Below are positions 1 to 12,925 of a stretch of DNA of 64,000 nucleotides, in pieces (position 1 is the stretch's first letter; every line of letters starts with the position of its first letter). Location of the stretch: assembly GCA_044892505.1 (NCBI GenBank), contig CM097883.1:407154001-407218000 (forward strand), written 5' to 3'. The position numbers and the translations under genes are program-made. The notes under the pieces were generated by a model. It saw nothing but the letters and a program-made list of their open reading frames with translations. It searched no databases and had not been told where the DNA came from. The stretch comes from Schmidtea nova (Eukaryota).

Positions 1-1048
1 GGGGGTATTTTTAGAATGAAGTATATTCAGAGAAATTAATTCATACAGAAAAACTTTTGAAGTGAAAAATATCACTTTGATGGGAAACCCATTTAAAGGA
101 TGAATTTATTAGGGAAATTATCATTCAGATTGGTAATTTCTGTAGTTGGAAATAAATTAAAAGGTTAAATCCGTTCAAAGGAGAATTCCACTGAAATTGA
201 AATAGAGACAATCCATTGAAAGTGAGGCAAACTATTGAAAGATAGGCGATCCAATGAAAGAGGAATGTATTGTGTTTGCTACGAATTATTCTACATGTAT
301 CAGTAATTTTATTTAAGTGTTTATTATTGCACCCCCATACGGTTTTTCTTATTGTGACAGAAAGAATTATTGAAATTTGTGATTTAAATTTTAAATTTTA
401 AGAAGAATAGAATATAAAAATTAAAAACTTGAAATAAGAAAATATACAGTCTAATTAATGTTTTGAAGATTATGCAAAATTTTAGGTTTATTTTCTGTGT
501 TGTATACTTACGTGAGTAGGTGTTGTTTTTATATTTTTTATATTTTTATATTCTTTTTCGAAAAATAAATGATAAAAAATAATTTATTGAAATGGGTGTG
601 GTGGCGAACCGGGGATGGTTGTCACAGTCTTTCGAACACACCTGGGATCGATCCCCAATTTGTGAGAGTTTATTTCGGTTTGGTTACGTGCTTTCGGTAA
701 TGTGCTTAAAACACCGTTGAGCGAGAAGTGATAATAATGCACATTACAAGTATTGAAGAGGTTCTGGTGTATGAGTCTGGCCAGCTTGTATATTGGGATT
801 AATTCGATACACAAAAGGGGTTAAAATAAAAAAACTAAAAAAACATGTTCCGGAACATAAAAGAAAACAAAAAAAACACTGCCAAGAGGATAGTGGTAAA
901 AAAACAAAAAACCACTATCCTAAGAGCGGTTTTACTATTTTTTAAATTAAAATTCATAGGCGCATAGGTGCATATTTTTGGTACTCAAACACACCTTCAA
1001 CACATCAACAGAGTTGGGTTTCACCATCTTTAAATTATCTAATCAAAA

Positions 1049-1394
1049 ATGGAAAAAAGTATTGAATTCGCTGTAAAGTATTCAAATACTGATCCCAATA
1101 TATTCAAAAAGAATAGTGAAATAATAAAATTAAATGAATTTATTCAAGAAAAAATGGAAAATCCACATTTAAATGAAAGACAACTTTGTAAAAAGATATA
1201 GAATTTTGTAAAAAAGTACTCTAACAAGATATAGAATGGATACAAATTGTTCAAGTTTTTATAGATATTTTATACCAGCTAAAAAACAGGCTAAACATAT
1301 TCCAACAGAAGAGGAAATTGAAATTAAAAAGAAATAATTAACAAAATGTCCAAAATGTAATCAACAATGTTCATTCAAAGAAAAAAACAGTTGA
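1049..1394 (+). pseudogene. Small HTH-like protein of the kind found in Polinton-like elements (degraded)
   Basis: Manual translation: MEKSIEF...LNEFIQEKMENPHLNERQLCKKI*-ICKSTLTRYRMDTNCSSFYRY, then a CPKC motif. It contains a stop and a frameshift. The NP.L....K.LG...STL.RYR pattern is recalled from Polinton accessory proteins, not searched. Confidence 0.45.
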
Positions 1395-2070
1395 AGAATT
1401 CTTCTGCGTAATTTACAATCAAAATAAGAATTATTTAGAGAAATCTTAGAGCGAATTCTATACAAGAGGAGAATTCTTATTAAATGACTTATTCTTAGGT
1501 CTAAGTATATTCAAAAAGAGAAATCTAGAGTTGAAAATTACATAAAAATGGCGAAAATAAGACTAATAGGAAATTCATTCAAATAAGGAATTTATGAATG
1601 AAAATAGCATTCAGATCGAGAATTTCTTAATGATAAAATACATTAAGAGAATTTTTAAAATGAAATCATAAAAGGTAAAATACATTGAAAAGTATGAATT
1701 CAGGTGGAAAATCATAATATATATTCAGATGTAGGAATTCTAAATGGAAAATGAAAAAGTGTACATCCAATGAAAGGAAAATTTTATTGATAATTTCTAA
1801 TAGGAAAATTGTCAGTGAAAAATGACTCAATGCTGAAATATTAATTTAAAGGTTAATGGTGGATTTTTATCGATTATCATTAAAGTAAGGATTTTATGAA
1901 ATTTAGAAACATTTAATTCAGAGAAAATTTCATTACTGTTTTTGTTATTGTTTATTTTTAAAGGTGATAACATCCTATTTATTTGTCAATAGTAACCAGT
2001 CAGCCAATCAAATTAGAGTATTAATAAATAAATTATTATAAATACCACATTTTTGAAAAAATAAATCAAA

Positions 2071-2500
2071 TTTGGAATATAAATTATAAAGGTAAAAACT
2101 TAGTACCCGGCATAATATTCCCAGGCGGAAAATCTTAACAAGTTGTAGATAGAAGCAGGAAGTATGCCATCTTATTTTTCAGATCGGGAAACTGTCAGAT
2201 AATTGGGTGCAAACAACCATTGTTAATGGGAGAATTTACAATAAAAAAGACATTTAATTACAATCACTAACTGTAATAATTGACATTGGAATGAGGATTG
2301 ATTTAAATGAATTGAATAGAAAAACCAATTGTATTTATAAACAAAAAATATTCTCGGGTTTGACAGAGCTGAGGTTTAATTCATTATGTGTTAATGTATT
2401 TATCAGTGGTAAAATAGTTATTCTTGGAATAAAAACTTTAGAATGTCATGGTTTGGTTGATTAAATTGTAAACCACATAAAATCAATGATTATAGATCCT
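2071..2500 (+). pseudogene. TBP-fold (TATA-binding-protein-like) gene remnant, probably of Polinton/viral type
   Basis: Two TBP-like half-repeats: KYAILFFRSGNCQIIGCK and SLTVIIDIGMRIDLNEL...YKQKIFSGLTELRFNSLCVNVFISGKIVILGIK. Compare TBP YEPELFPGL...LLIFVSGKVVLTGAK. In-frame stops and one frameshift. Confidence 0.7.
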
Positions 2501-2904
2501 ATTTTGATGACCTATGCTAATTTTGTAATTTTTGCTTGATTTGGAGAAAATGTTTTATAAAATTCAAATTTCTTTACGATTTGTTTGTTTATAATTAGAA
2601 ATTATATTAGATTTCTCAGTGGGTTTTTATTATTATATTTTTAATTATATCAACTTTGAAATTCATATTTAATCATTTTTATTGTCAAGTAACTTTTAAT
2701 TAAAATAATATTACTACGTAAATGATTTCTATTAAATATATATATATATATATATATTTGACAATTTTGATTTACTTGCAATTGTATGAAAGTTATTAGG
2801 TATTATTAAATGTACAGCTTGCATTGATTGTTTCATTTATCGGTTATAAATCTTATAAGAATCTTTATATACATATGTATATTCAAAAAAAATTAATTCA
2901 CTGA

Positions 2905-3070
2905 CGTGTCTGTGTGCGAGATCGTTTTTTGTAATTTTCTCGCGTCTGTGTGCGCATGCTTAGTTTTGTTAGTGTCAATCGCGTCTGTGTGCGCATATTT
3001 TATTTCGAGTCTATTTGCGTCTGTGTTGCCGCGTGGTTGATTTAGGATTTGCTCGCGTATGTGTGCGCAT
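2905..3070. repeat. Array of 5 GCGTCTGTGTGCGC motifs separated by unique 20-25 nt spacers
   Basis: Motif cores at 2909, 2945, 2984, 3020 and 3058. The spacers are unrelated to each other. Confidence 0.85.
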
Positions 3071-4084
3071 TTGTGATACATTGATTTTCTTGGAATCAGA
3101 ATGGAAATTTAAATTCTCAATTCATATTTTTTAATTTGGATTTTTGTTTTATCGAACTTTTGGTTTATTAGAATTGAAGCTTTTGTGTGTTTTCGAATTT
3201 TTGGGAATTTTAATCAGTTTTTGTGGAGATTATTTCAAAAGGAAATTGCTGAGTGTTTTGAAAAAGTTGAAATTTAAATTTGAGGTTTATTTACAGGTTT
3301 ACTTTTATAGGTTTATTTTCACACGAAATCTGTTTTTATTTGTGTGTCATATTAATAGCTTGCGAAGTCACGTTTTTTATGACAATTTAAAATTTCAATA
3401 ATAAGTAAACTGTTGAAATGCTTTTTTTCTCCAAAATGCGTAAATAAAACTCCACTAATTTCACAGTGAAAACAAAATTAATAATGTACAGTGTATTAGT
3501 TGACAGAGAAAATGGACGTTTATGATTTTAAATATGACACAAAATTTAATTGATCGAAATACATATGTAGATTGTTTTCTAATCTCTGTCAAAGAGCGTT
3601 TCAGAGTGAATCTACGATAAAAGTATGCAAACATGTAAACATACATACTTTTGTTCTTTATATATTAGAAAAATATTGTTTTAATTGTGAAAAAATTTTG
3701 TTGCATTATATCCGTCAAATGACGGATATTTCAATAAGATACTAATAATCAAAGAAACAGTTTCACAACAGTACAAAGTATGATTTATATAAGAAAAGTC
3801 ATGTAAAGTACAGATAATAGGTGCCTGCATAAAGAAAACGCGTATGTGACGCAAGGAATTGGACTTACTAAAGTTTTTAAAATACTAATTGCTTAATTTA
3901 AAAAGTTTCCTATACCCTGTACTACTGAAAATTGCATCAGTAGTCGAGAAGATTGATTTCGAATCGCTGTCAAAAAGCGTTCCAGAGTGAATCAGCGATA
4001 CAAACATATAAACATACATACTTTTGTTCTTATTTTCACTATTTAATTATTACGTAATTTATACAGTTTAGAGATAAATAGCTT

Positions 4085-4113
4085 GTGCAAGGGTGCACAC
4101 TTCTCCGTACTAG
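4085..4113 (+). mobile_element. Helitron 3' terminus
   Basis: Hairpin GTGCA-AGGG-TGCAC (4085-4098), followed 11 nt later by CTAG (4110-4113) and then T. An internal duplication lies upstream (about 3575-3660 vs about 3955-4035). The 5' end was not located. Confidence 0.65.
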
Positions 4114-4619
4114 TATAATATAAAAGGGAAATGTGAATTTTATAATATTGTAAAGAATCTATTTAAATTGTGTTTAGGTAAATTGATCTTATTATTTTAG
4201 TCTGTTATTCTTCGTTGACTAAGCTTATTGAATTACTTCGAAAACGTCAGTAGAGAGTAATAAAATACCGCAGTGTGATTCGATTTTTGTATATATGAAA
4301 GATAAAGTCAATATGAAATTCAGATTGAATTGAATCCTGTTTAATGCGAAGAATGCCTCTTATTGGCAATAAAAAATGATGTTAATTTACAAAATATTTA
4401 AAATGGGAAATTTTAATTTTAAAAAGATATTTTGTCACAGCCTTTATCAAGTGTATATTTACATACTTAAAAAAGACTGCCGAAATATTGTGTCCCTAAC
4501 ACCCAAAATAATGTTGATCTAGTCATAGAACTATTAATATGAAAATTATGAATTTAAATAAAAAGAGGTCTAAGGTGAAATCAAGAGATAACTATGGAAA
4601 TTGAAAAGTTAAAAATATG

Positions 4620-6135
4620 TTAAATTAAATAAAAGAACACCATTTTTTTAAATATATTAATGCAATATATTTCAACAGCTTAGCTGTCATCATCAGGCTT
4701 TACACAATCTCAATAAAATAAAAATTGATATTATTTATACGCGTAATAGTGATTACATAATTACATGTGCACAATCCAATAAAACTTTTATTAACCCTAG
4801 TAAAATTAATAAAAAATTCTCAAAATGCAATATCTACATGCATTTTGAGAGTTTATTTGATTTTTGTAGAGTTGATAAAACCAGGTTGGATAAAAATTAT
4901 CTAAAAATGATATTTATTGAAATTTTAACAGGGCAAAATACATATTAATTAATTTTTTTATTCCCTTAAAATGGATATCGATAGAATAATTAAAATGAAT
5001 GAAGAAGAACTCATATTTTATGAAAGACAATGGCATGTTAGCGAATGAATTAAAATGCTCTTCTTGCTAAAAAGAAATGATACTAGTAAAGACAAAAAGA
5101 AATTATGATGCTATGTGTTGGAGATGCCGATTATCTGAGTCTAGAAAACGAGATTATTCTGTTTCGGTTAGAGAAAATAGTTTTATTGAGAAGATGAGGA
5201 TACCTCTCAAAGAAATTTTAAAATTTCTATTTTATTGGTCGAAAGGGTTGCAAAGTGCTGGAATTTTGAAGTTTGTGAAATTTAAAGAAGATTCAATACG
5301 AAAGCTAAGATGATTGCTTATTTCAGCAATCAAAAACCATAACGAAACGCATCCATTTCTGTTAGGAGGTCCAGGTAAGCTCGTGCAGGTAGACAAACCA
5401 TGCTGAATCACAAGGTGAAGGCACACATAGGAAGAGCCCAAAAAAAACAAACTTGGGCACTGGATATTGTTGATTGCTCTTTTTCACCAGCGAAAAGCGA
5501 CATGTGCCTTGTTCCTGATAAGAAAGCTGAAACTATAATACCAATTATAGAGAAATATGCGAGAAAAGGTTCAATTATCCATACAGACGAGGCAAAAATC
5601 TATAGCCAAGTAGATAAAAAGGCATCTTATAAACACAAATCAATTGTTCATAAATATAAATTCGTGGATTATAAAAATGGAGTTCACACCCAGAACTTCG
5701 AAAGTTACAATAACAAAATAAAGATAAATTAAAAGAAATTCGGGGTATAAAAGAAAATTGCCGAGAAGATTTTCTTGTGGAGTTTATGTGGTTGGATAAT
5801 AAAAAAATGACTGTTTTGAAAAAACATTACATTTGATTAAAAAGTTCTAAGTTATTAATTTGTTATGTTATTAATGTTCAAAAGATATTTTCTGATTTTA
5901 TAATATTGTGATTTTATTTAAAACAATAATATAAGTTATAATTTATAAAAAAATTTCTGGGTCAAAAAATCGGGATGATCCAAAATTTTATTGGATTATG
6001 CACATGTGATTGTGTAATCATTAATAAATAATATCAATTTTTATTTTATTGAGATTTTGTAACGCCCGATGTTGACAGCTAAGCTGTTAAAATATATTGC
6101 ATTAATATATTTAAAATTTTATGTTCTTTTATCTA
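4620..6135 (+). mobile_element. Merlin (IS1595/ISXO2-like) DNA transposon, degenerate, with long TIRs
   Basis: About 135-bp inverted repeats (4647-4785 vs about 5985-6116). Frameshifted transposase about 4971-5830 with WRC zinc ribbon, GGPGKLVQVD, IIHTDEAKIY and VHTQNFESYNNKIK motifs. Confidence 0.85.
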
Positions 6136-6249
6136 TTTGAATAAATTGTCATTTTTATTTAATAGAATATTTAAAATTGATAATTTAAAATAAAAAAAGG
6201 TAAATTTGTTTAAATATCATAACAAATGAAAACCAGTTTAGTTTTTCAT

Positions 6250-7761
6250 TATTACTTTTATAGAATAAATTTTATGCATTTGTTTAGTGATTCTGAATTA
6301 ATTTCTCAAGTTTCGATAATCCTAACAAGGAGGATAGCGTGAAATCTGCGAAAAAAATAACAAATAGATTCACGACAAAAAATATATCGAGCATTTAGAT
6401 GTGAAAACTTTACTCCCCAATAGAATATTGCTTTTCTGTATTGTATCACGTCTTTTAGCAACTGTTATACAAATTTTAAAAAGCTTCACAACTTGTTGGA
6501 GACTGCCTGTTGCATAATACCATCACGATCAATTAAACACCATACAAACACATTCTAAATCTCAAAGTCCTAAAGGGAATCTCAAAGAGTGGAAACCACT
6601 AGTAGACACTAATTCAAGGAAAATACAAGCACACAAAACAAACTATACTCAGTCATTTCCAAAGAAGAAATGGAGAACATTGAGTGCAAATTATTGCAAA
6701 ACTTTTGTCGTTCAAATGATATTGAAGTTGCCATTCCCTGAATTGCTTCTATTCAAACTAAAAAGGCTAAAGATTTCATCGAAGACCCTTATAAATTGAG
6801 TGTATTTTTGCCCTATATAGATTCCCTCGTTAGCTCATTAAACATAAGATTTTCTCAGGAAAACAATCTTTTTCGTCTATATCCAAAAAATTTAAAACAC
6901 TGACTCCGGAGCAAATCAGAAACTTGCCTTAAGAAATCAACAAAAGTAGCGATTTACTTAAAGATGGACTTGTTTTGTGCAAAATGACTGAAGACAGTGA
7001 AATAAGTTCTACCGAAGATATTATCAAGGCGTAAGCTGCGAATTGCTCTAGCATATCCGGTCTCGCCATCAACTATTGAAAAATTATTTAGCACCTGGCG
7101 CAGACTTAAGGCATAACTACGATCTACAACATCTGAGAGCAAGACTAGTACATTATCCATGCTAAGTGTACATAGAGAAAATTTTATAGCCAAAGTAATA
7201 AATTAATTTGGCAAAAATTAGAGAAGACTTGATATTCTCTTTGAAAATATTTACATATTATAATTGTTAAGTAATAAAATAAAATTTATAATCGTTATGT
7301 AATAAAAACAAAAATAACTAAGTATTCCTTAAAATCTTTAAAGAATTGTATAGCATATTAGCAAAAAATTCGAAAAAATATTATGTGCATAAACAAGGTT
7401 GTAGCACATTCGACACTATAATATGTTTACATCATGATGCATATATATATTTCGATACGTAATATTTATTCAAAGAAGAACTACAAAAATTGTTTAGCAG
7501 TTTGTTAACTGTAAGGAAATTTTATATAATTATCACACAATAGGATATATCACATATTCCAATTGTAATTTTTGCATCTCATCTATTTTCAACAAATACT
7601 ACGATCTGTTAATGTGTAAAATTTTAATCATTAATCTCAAACTCTAAAGTAGTTTTGCAAACAGGAAATTTTTTCTTAAAAGCCAGCAAAAAAAATAATT
7701 TACCTAAAAATCGTAATTAATATAAATTTTAATTTGCCCCCCCCCTTTATGGACGCCTCTG
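6250..7761 (+). mobile_element. hAT transposase remnant (ZMYM1-like) with 3' terminal repeat
   Basis: Plus-strand translation near 7030-7190 reads LRIALAYPVSPSTIEKLFSTWRRLKA*LRSTTSE...LSMLSVHRE (hAT dimerization domain). The terminus is TTTGCCCCCCCCCTTTATGGACGCCTCTG, ending at 7761. Confidence 0.7.
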
Positions 7762-8552
7762 AATACATTAACAGTTTTTAATTATACAATTGATTAAAAT
7801 TACTTATATTGCCGATTGTAACCAGACGAGTGATGAAATTCTAAAAAAATATTAATAATTAATAAAGTATTGCATAAGTTTATATAATTACCAGTTTTTA
7901 AAATGGTTGAATAAACAATTTAAATTAAATAAATTTTTGATTTATTTTATATAAACAAATAATATATTTTATTATCTATTTTTAATAAAATTATGATGAA
8001 AATTTACAATAGGAATTAAATTATGTTTCTAATAATATATGTTAATAGTTTTTGCATCGCAAATGCCAATAAAGCCAAAATTAAATGTTTCATATTCAGG
8101 TGACAACAAAAATAGTTCTATAGGTTTATTGGTCCTTAAATTTGAAAGTTTCTAAATTCATAGTTACCATATCACTGACATCATCATGATCCGCATAACT
8201 GACTTCACTTATGTGTCCATAAATGTGGTGGGTTATTAGCAATAAGTTAAATCTAATTACTATTGCTCGAACCTCAATAACCTCGCAAATAAACCTTACA
8301 CACCATCTTGTATCTCGTTACACAGTAACGTTGGTACTGTAACAACTGGGTGGACATCCGAAAGACCTGAACACTATTTATAGGGCGGTAGTTGATCAAA
8401 TATCTCAGTTGGGCCCAAGGACTACGAATAGCAGATATGTTGTCCATTTTTCGTCCATTTAACAGTTCAAGTTATAAATACTCTCCTTATATCTTCGATA
8501 TAGAGTTTACGATGGTTATTTTATTTTATTTTTATTATTGATTTATTTCTCA

Positions 8553-9636
8553 TGTTGGGCTGGCGAAATCGAAAATGAATTTTGTTTGAATTCATCAAAA
8601 ATTAAAAAGGAACAAGTTTAAAAACGCACGATAAAGCATTACGCAGTAAATTAACGCAAAAGAAAATAAAACAGTAAAGTACAATAGTAATCATGCGAAC
8701 CACATTCAATAAGTCGGTCGAGATAGGGCTTAAAAGATAGAAAAGAGGCATCTTAAAAGAGAGCCCACAATTTGAGTGCAGGTCGCATTTATACACGAAG
8801 GACCGCACGAGAATTGAATAGGGAAGATCATCGCTGTACAAAATTAAATAAATAATCTCTTATTGATACGAATAAATTGAGTTTCAATCATATTATAATG
8901 GAAGAATGCATGGGTGTCAGTCTTTTTTAGTATAAATAGACGCAAAAAATCAGTTGAATTGAATTGAATTAGTTTGGAGCTAGCACATATATTAATTTCA
9001 ATTTTGCCAGCCAGTCGCGTAGGTGAGTAGATTTATTTTGTGTATGGTAATCTGTAATCATGTTATATGAATGGTATTCAATAAATGTTTTGAATCATAA
9101 AAATTGCTGATTATTTGCGGGTAAACCCTCATAACAGCCGGGATAAAGTCGATAAGGGCATGTCCTAATGGTCTCGAGAGCTCATGGGCAATAATCGGCC
9201 TCTCGTCCGGACTCTCTTTGGAGGGTTATGCGTTGCGGCGTACTTGACCCAAATTTGGGCAGGAGGAAATTGGATTGCCAGGGGCATTCATCGTTTTGCT
9301 GAATTAATTGAGAAGAAATAAAGGATATTGTTGATAGCAGAAAGTAATAGATCGTCTAAAGGAAAATCATGCGATAGGACCGAAAAGAAAGTAGGTGCGT
9401 AAGTCCTTCTATCGGCAGCAAGAATCCGAAAGAGAGAATATAGTGAGGAGTAGTTTCGGCAACGGAGCTCACCTGCTCACTGGATTCTCACCACCGTGTA
9501 CAGTACCAACATATTTATTTGGGGAATAACTATGGGTGCATGTGTGTGATGGAGTAATATTTATGTTGAGGTGTGGGTTGTATTAACCCTTAGAAGTCGG
9601 TAATAATTTTTGTAACAACACCCATACCACCCAACA
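8553..9636 (+). mobile_element. Probable solo LTR
   Basis: TGTTGGG...CCCAACA inverted ends, imperfect 4-bp flanks CTCA/TTCA, and internal TATAAATA and AATAAA. Confidence 0.5.
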
Positions 9637-9752
9637 TTCATATCTAAGCTAGTAACTTTTAGTTTTAGCAAATATTTCAGCTTGTACACATAATTTTTCA
9701 CCACTTACTGGAAGATTTCATTAAATAATGTCAACAAACCATATATAAAGTG

Positions 9753-10466
9753 TGTTGGGGTTGTGTCTAAACAAGCACGAAATAAGATAAGAAGCACAAA
9801 ACTATGCAAATCAATAAAAAACATGAAAATTTGAAAAGTAATAATTAAAGTAAAAATATTAATTTAAAATTTGGAAAATTAGAACATAAAGATAGTGAGG
9901 GAAACTGGTATGGGAGGATGTTAGAGGATTAGATGAATTCAGATATGGTAATATAAAATAAAGGAGGGTCCCAGAAAGAAATATTATTAAAAACCATTTA
10001 ATTACCTTTTGAAAAACCAGAGCGGTATGGGAAACCCGAGTCATCTGTAGAATTACTCGGGAAAATTGGATGATGCAGAGACGCGCAGAAGGTGAAGGGA
10101 ACTCGAACTTAAATTGGTTTTTTAAAATAACTGATCAAGAGGCGATGAAAAATTATTCAATCAAAAAAATACTATAAAAATAAAAGCAAATTTAGCAGGT
10201 TTGTTAGTTGGTCGATGATAGTTTTATGAATTATTCAGGAGGCTAGATACAAAGTTTCAATTCAACTTAATTATTGCGTACCAAAAAAGGGGATATCCCG
10301 TTTGGAGACCTATCCCTTTCGCTGAAAAGTTCAGATTGTCAACAAAAGTTATTTAGTGTATTAAAACTAAATAAAAGTTATTGTTTTGGGGGACTTATAT
10401 TGATTGTGTAAAAGGACCATGAGGAGTCAGATATTTGTACCGACTTAATAATAAATAAATCCAACA
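9753..10466 (+). mobile_element. Solo LTR (Gypsy-like, 4-bp TSD AGTG)
   Basis: TGTTGG...CCAACA with AGTG on both sides. It shares the GAGGAGTCAGA segment with the LTR at 50680-51730. Confidence 0.8.
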
Positions 10467-10859
10467 AGTGCTTCGTCAACATCCATAGATTACCTTTGCC
10501 ATTTTTTGCTAATATATTAGGTTATATATAGTTAAACAATATCATTTGAATAAACTTTAATTTATTTTTCATTACAATATGAAATTGGGTTAGAAAAGTT
10601 AGTCTTTTTGCATCTGTTTATTTGAAAAATATATTATTTAGTTTTGGGTTACTTGATTCATAGAGATATTTCCGGACCTAGAACGTCACATGCCTATAAA
10701 TTCACATATATATTTTATATAATGAATGGTGAACCCATTTTATAATCACATTGTCAGCATGCAATTTATGAAAATATCAAGTAAACATAATGCAAATTAA
10801 AATTTGAAAAAAGTTAAAAATAATTTTAGCAGTTTTAGTTTTTCATATTAGTCTCATAG

Positions 10860-11549
10860 CAACCTTTAGTGTGAAGACTTCCCTGAAATCTCAAATGCTT
10901 CTCAATTCCATTTTCAAAATCCAAATCGAGCTCGATTCAAATGGGAAAACATTGTCCATCTTAGTGGGTGACACGATGCTAGTCCAAATCAGTGACAAGT
11001 CCGGATTGATGAAACAAAGGGAGATCTTTCATTACGGTATTAAGGACTCCATTGAAAAGGAAATCCAAGGAAAGTTTATGAACATAAAGAAATGGGAAGT
11101 TAATCACAATCTTTATGCCATTGACTTATCCCTTGTTTTTCATAAAAACTCCAACTCTCATATATTAGAAATATATTTTATTGATGCACCTTCGAAGGAG
11201 CTGTTAAAAAAGAAAATTAGCAATTTGCGTTTAGCCAAGCGAATCTATAAAAAAAGAATACATTTATTTCAACAACCCACATTGTCGTTGACAGTGAACT
11301 CAATATCCGGAAATTATTCCCAATGGAAAATTAATGAAAGTATTGTCGCGATTTGTAGGGCCTTTGACGGTATTCCGAATGAAATTCCAAAATTTGAGAA
11401 CTACCAACGATTTTCTAACATAAGCAGCACCTTGTCCATAGAAAGAAATGAAAGAATGATCAACATGACAGTTGGGGTCGTGAATCACATGACTAGGCTG
11501 AAATGTCAGGCGGGGTCTGCTATCCGAGTTCATACAATAAAAGTTTTTC
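10860..11549 (+). CDS. Exon encoding an N-terminal region plus an Ig-like domain
   Basis: Open frame with AICRAFDGIP...LKCQA and several NxS/T sequons. CTCATAG acceptor, then a 48-nt GT-AG intron at 11550-11597. No upstream exon or signal peptide was found. Confidence 0.7.
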
Positions 11550-11597
11550 GTAATATTATTTTATCTGTTTAATTGCAATTTCACCTATTTCAAATAG

Positions 11598-11885
11598 ACC
11601 ATCCAACCGAACTTTTTATTAAGCCAAAACTAAATCTTGTACATCCCAATACCACATTTCAATGTTACGTGGAAAATGGGTTTCCCGCACCGACAATTAA
11701 ATGGTACCTTACTGACGGGCCAATAAACTCATCGAATTATTATGACGTTCTTGGGAACGGTTCCTATTTATTTATCAAAAACAATTGTCCTAATCACTCC
11801 AAGTGGACATTTAAATGCATACTTACACATTTGATTCAGAATTCAAGTCAACTTCTAGTTAAAACGATCTCTTTTTTTGTTGAAA
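11598..11885 (+). CDS. Exon encoding an Ig-like domain
   Basis: FQCYVENGFPAPTIKWY...YLFIK...FKC. Ends at a GTGAGT donor at 11886 (phase 1). Confidence 0.8.
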
Positions 11886-12859
11886 GTGAGTCCTTTATAA
11901 TAAATTCTAATTCACCAATAAGCAATTAATAAGAACATTAATGATATAAGTTTAGTTCTTTAAAAAAAATTAAACTAGTCTATAGTAAATGTATAAAAAT
12001 AATATGATAATGAAAGATAACATTAACCCATGCCAATTAGTGGTTATCGTGATTAACCTTTTGAACTCTAATCAAATAATTAGGAATATAATTTCCAAAA
12101 ATGTATTTACTGAAAACTTGTCATATATAAAATGCCATTGTCCGCCCGTCCTTCTCACTCATATCTAAATTTATGTATTATTAGCTATAGTTATACTACT
12201 TTTAAAAGTAAGTAGTATAATAATTTTAATTTGTTTTTTATTATTGCCATATAAATAAATTGCAAATGTCTGACAGTTCTTTTGTCGTCCCTAGCAACCC
12301 ATATCTAATTTTATACTAATTCAAAAGATGGGGCAGTCGTCATGGGACAGCTTTGCATATAACTAGTAAAAATATAATATGCTCTTTTTATTGTTATTAC
12401 TTTAACAAATTTTGTAGAGATAATTTAAAAATAATTCAAATAGCAATTTCATACAAATTCGTCATAAAACTAAAATTTCATACTCGTTATAAATTTTTAT
12501 AGTTTTTAATATTTCATTCGTGAGATTTCCAATACTTTATTAAATTTTCTATTAAATTTGCCATTCAGTTTTTTTAGTATTCTTTAAAAATTAATAATGT
12601 GCTTTCAAACTTACCTTATATAAAAAACTCCCAATAATTACATTTTTCACTATTTGTATTATAAAACACCTTTATTTTAAAAAATATTATATTTATTTTG
12701 GTGAAACAAGAATTTATCATATATTTCAACTACACTTCACAATTTCAAATACAAGACTAAAAATGAATAACTTTAAAGAGACGCACACAAAGCTAAATAC
12801 CGTTAGATAAGATTTCATAAGACGAATTTGGACACATATCCCATATTATATTGAAACCT

Positions 12860-12925
12860 TTAAATTTAGCCTGTTTTTAAACTTCTGTTGATACATATGT
12901 GTCCCAGCAGCTGCGAAAGGGTTAA
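12860..12925 (+). mobile_element. piggyBac-type terminal repeat (one end only)
   Basis: ...GTGTCCCAGCAGCTGCGAAAGGG followed by TTAA (12922-12925). No matching left end was found. Confidence 0.45.

Noticed and set aside
584-814. 76-aa ORF as a real gene
   Set aside because: No recognisable domain; it may belong to the Polinton-like remnant, but that is unsupported.
1-1900. MORN-repeat gene remnants at 1-300 and 1440-1900
   Set aside because: The purine-rich GEF/GKF-like words are suggestive, but the frames are too broken to support a call.
2905-3070. True CRISPR array
   Set aside because: The repeat is only about 14 nt and degenerate, there are no cas genes, and the context is eukaryotic. 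Kept only as a motif array.
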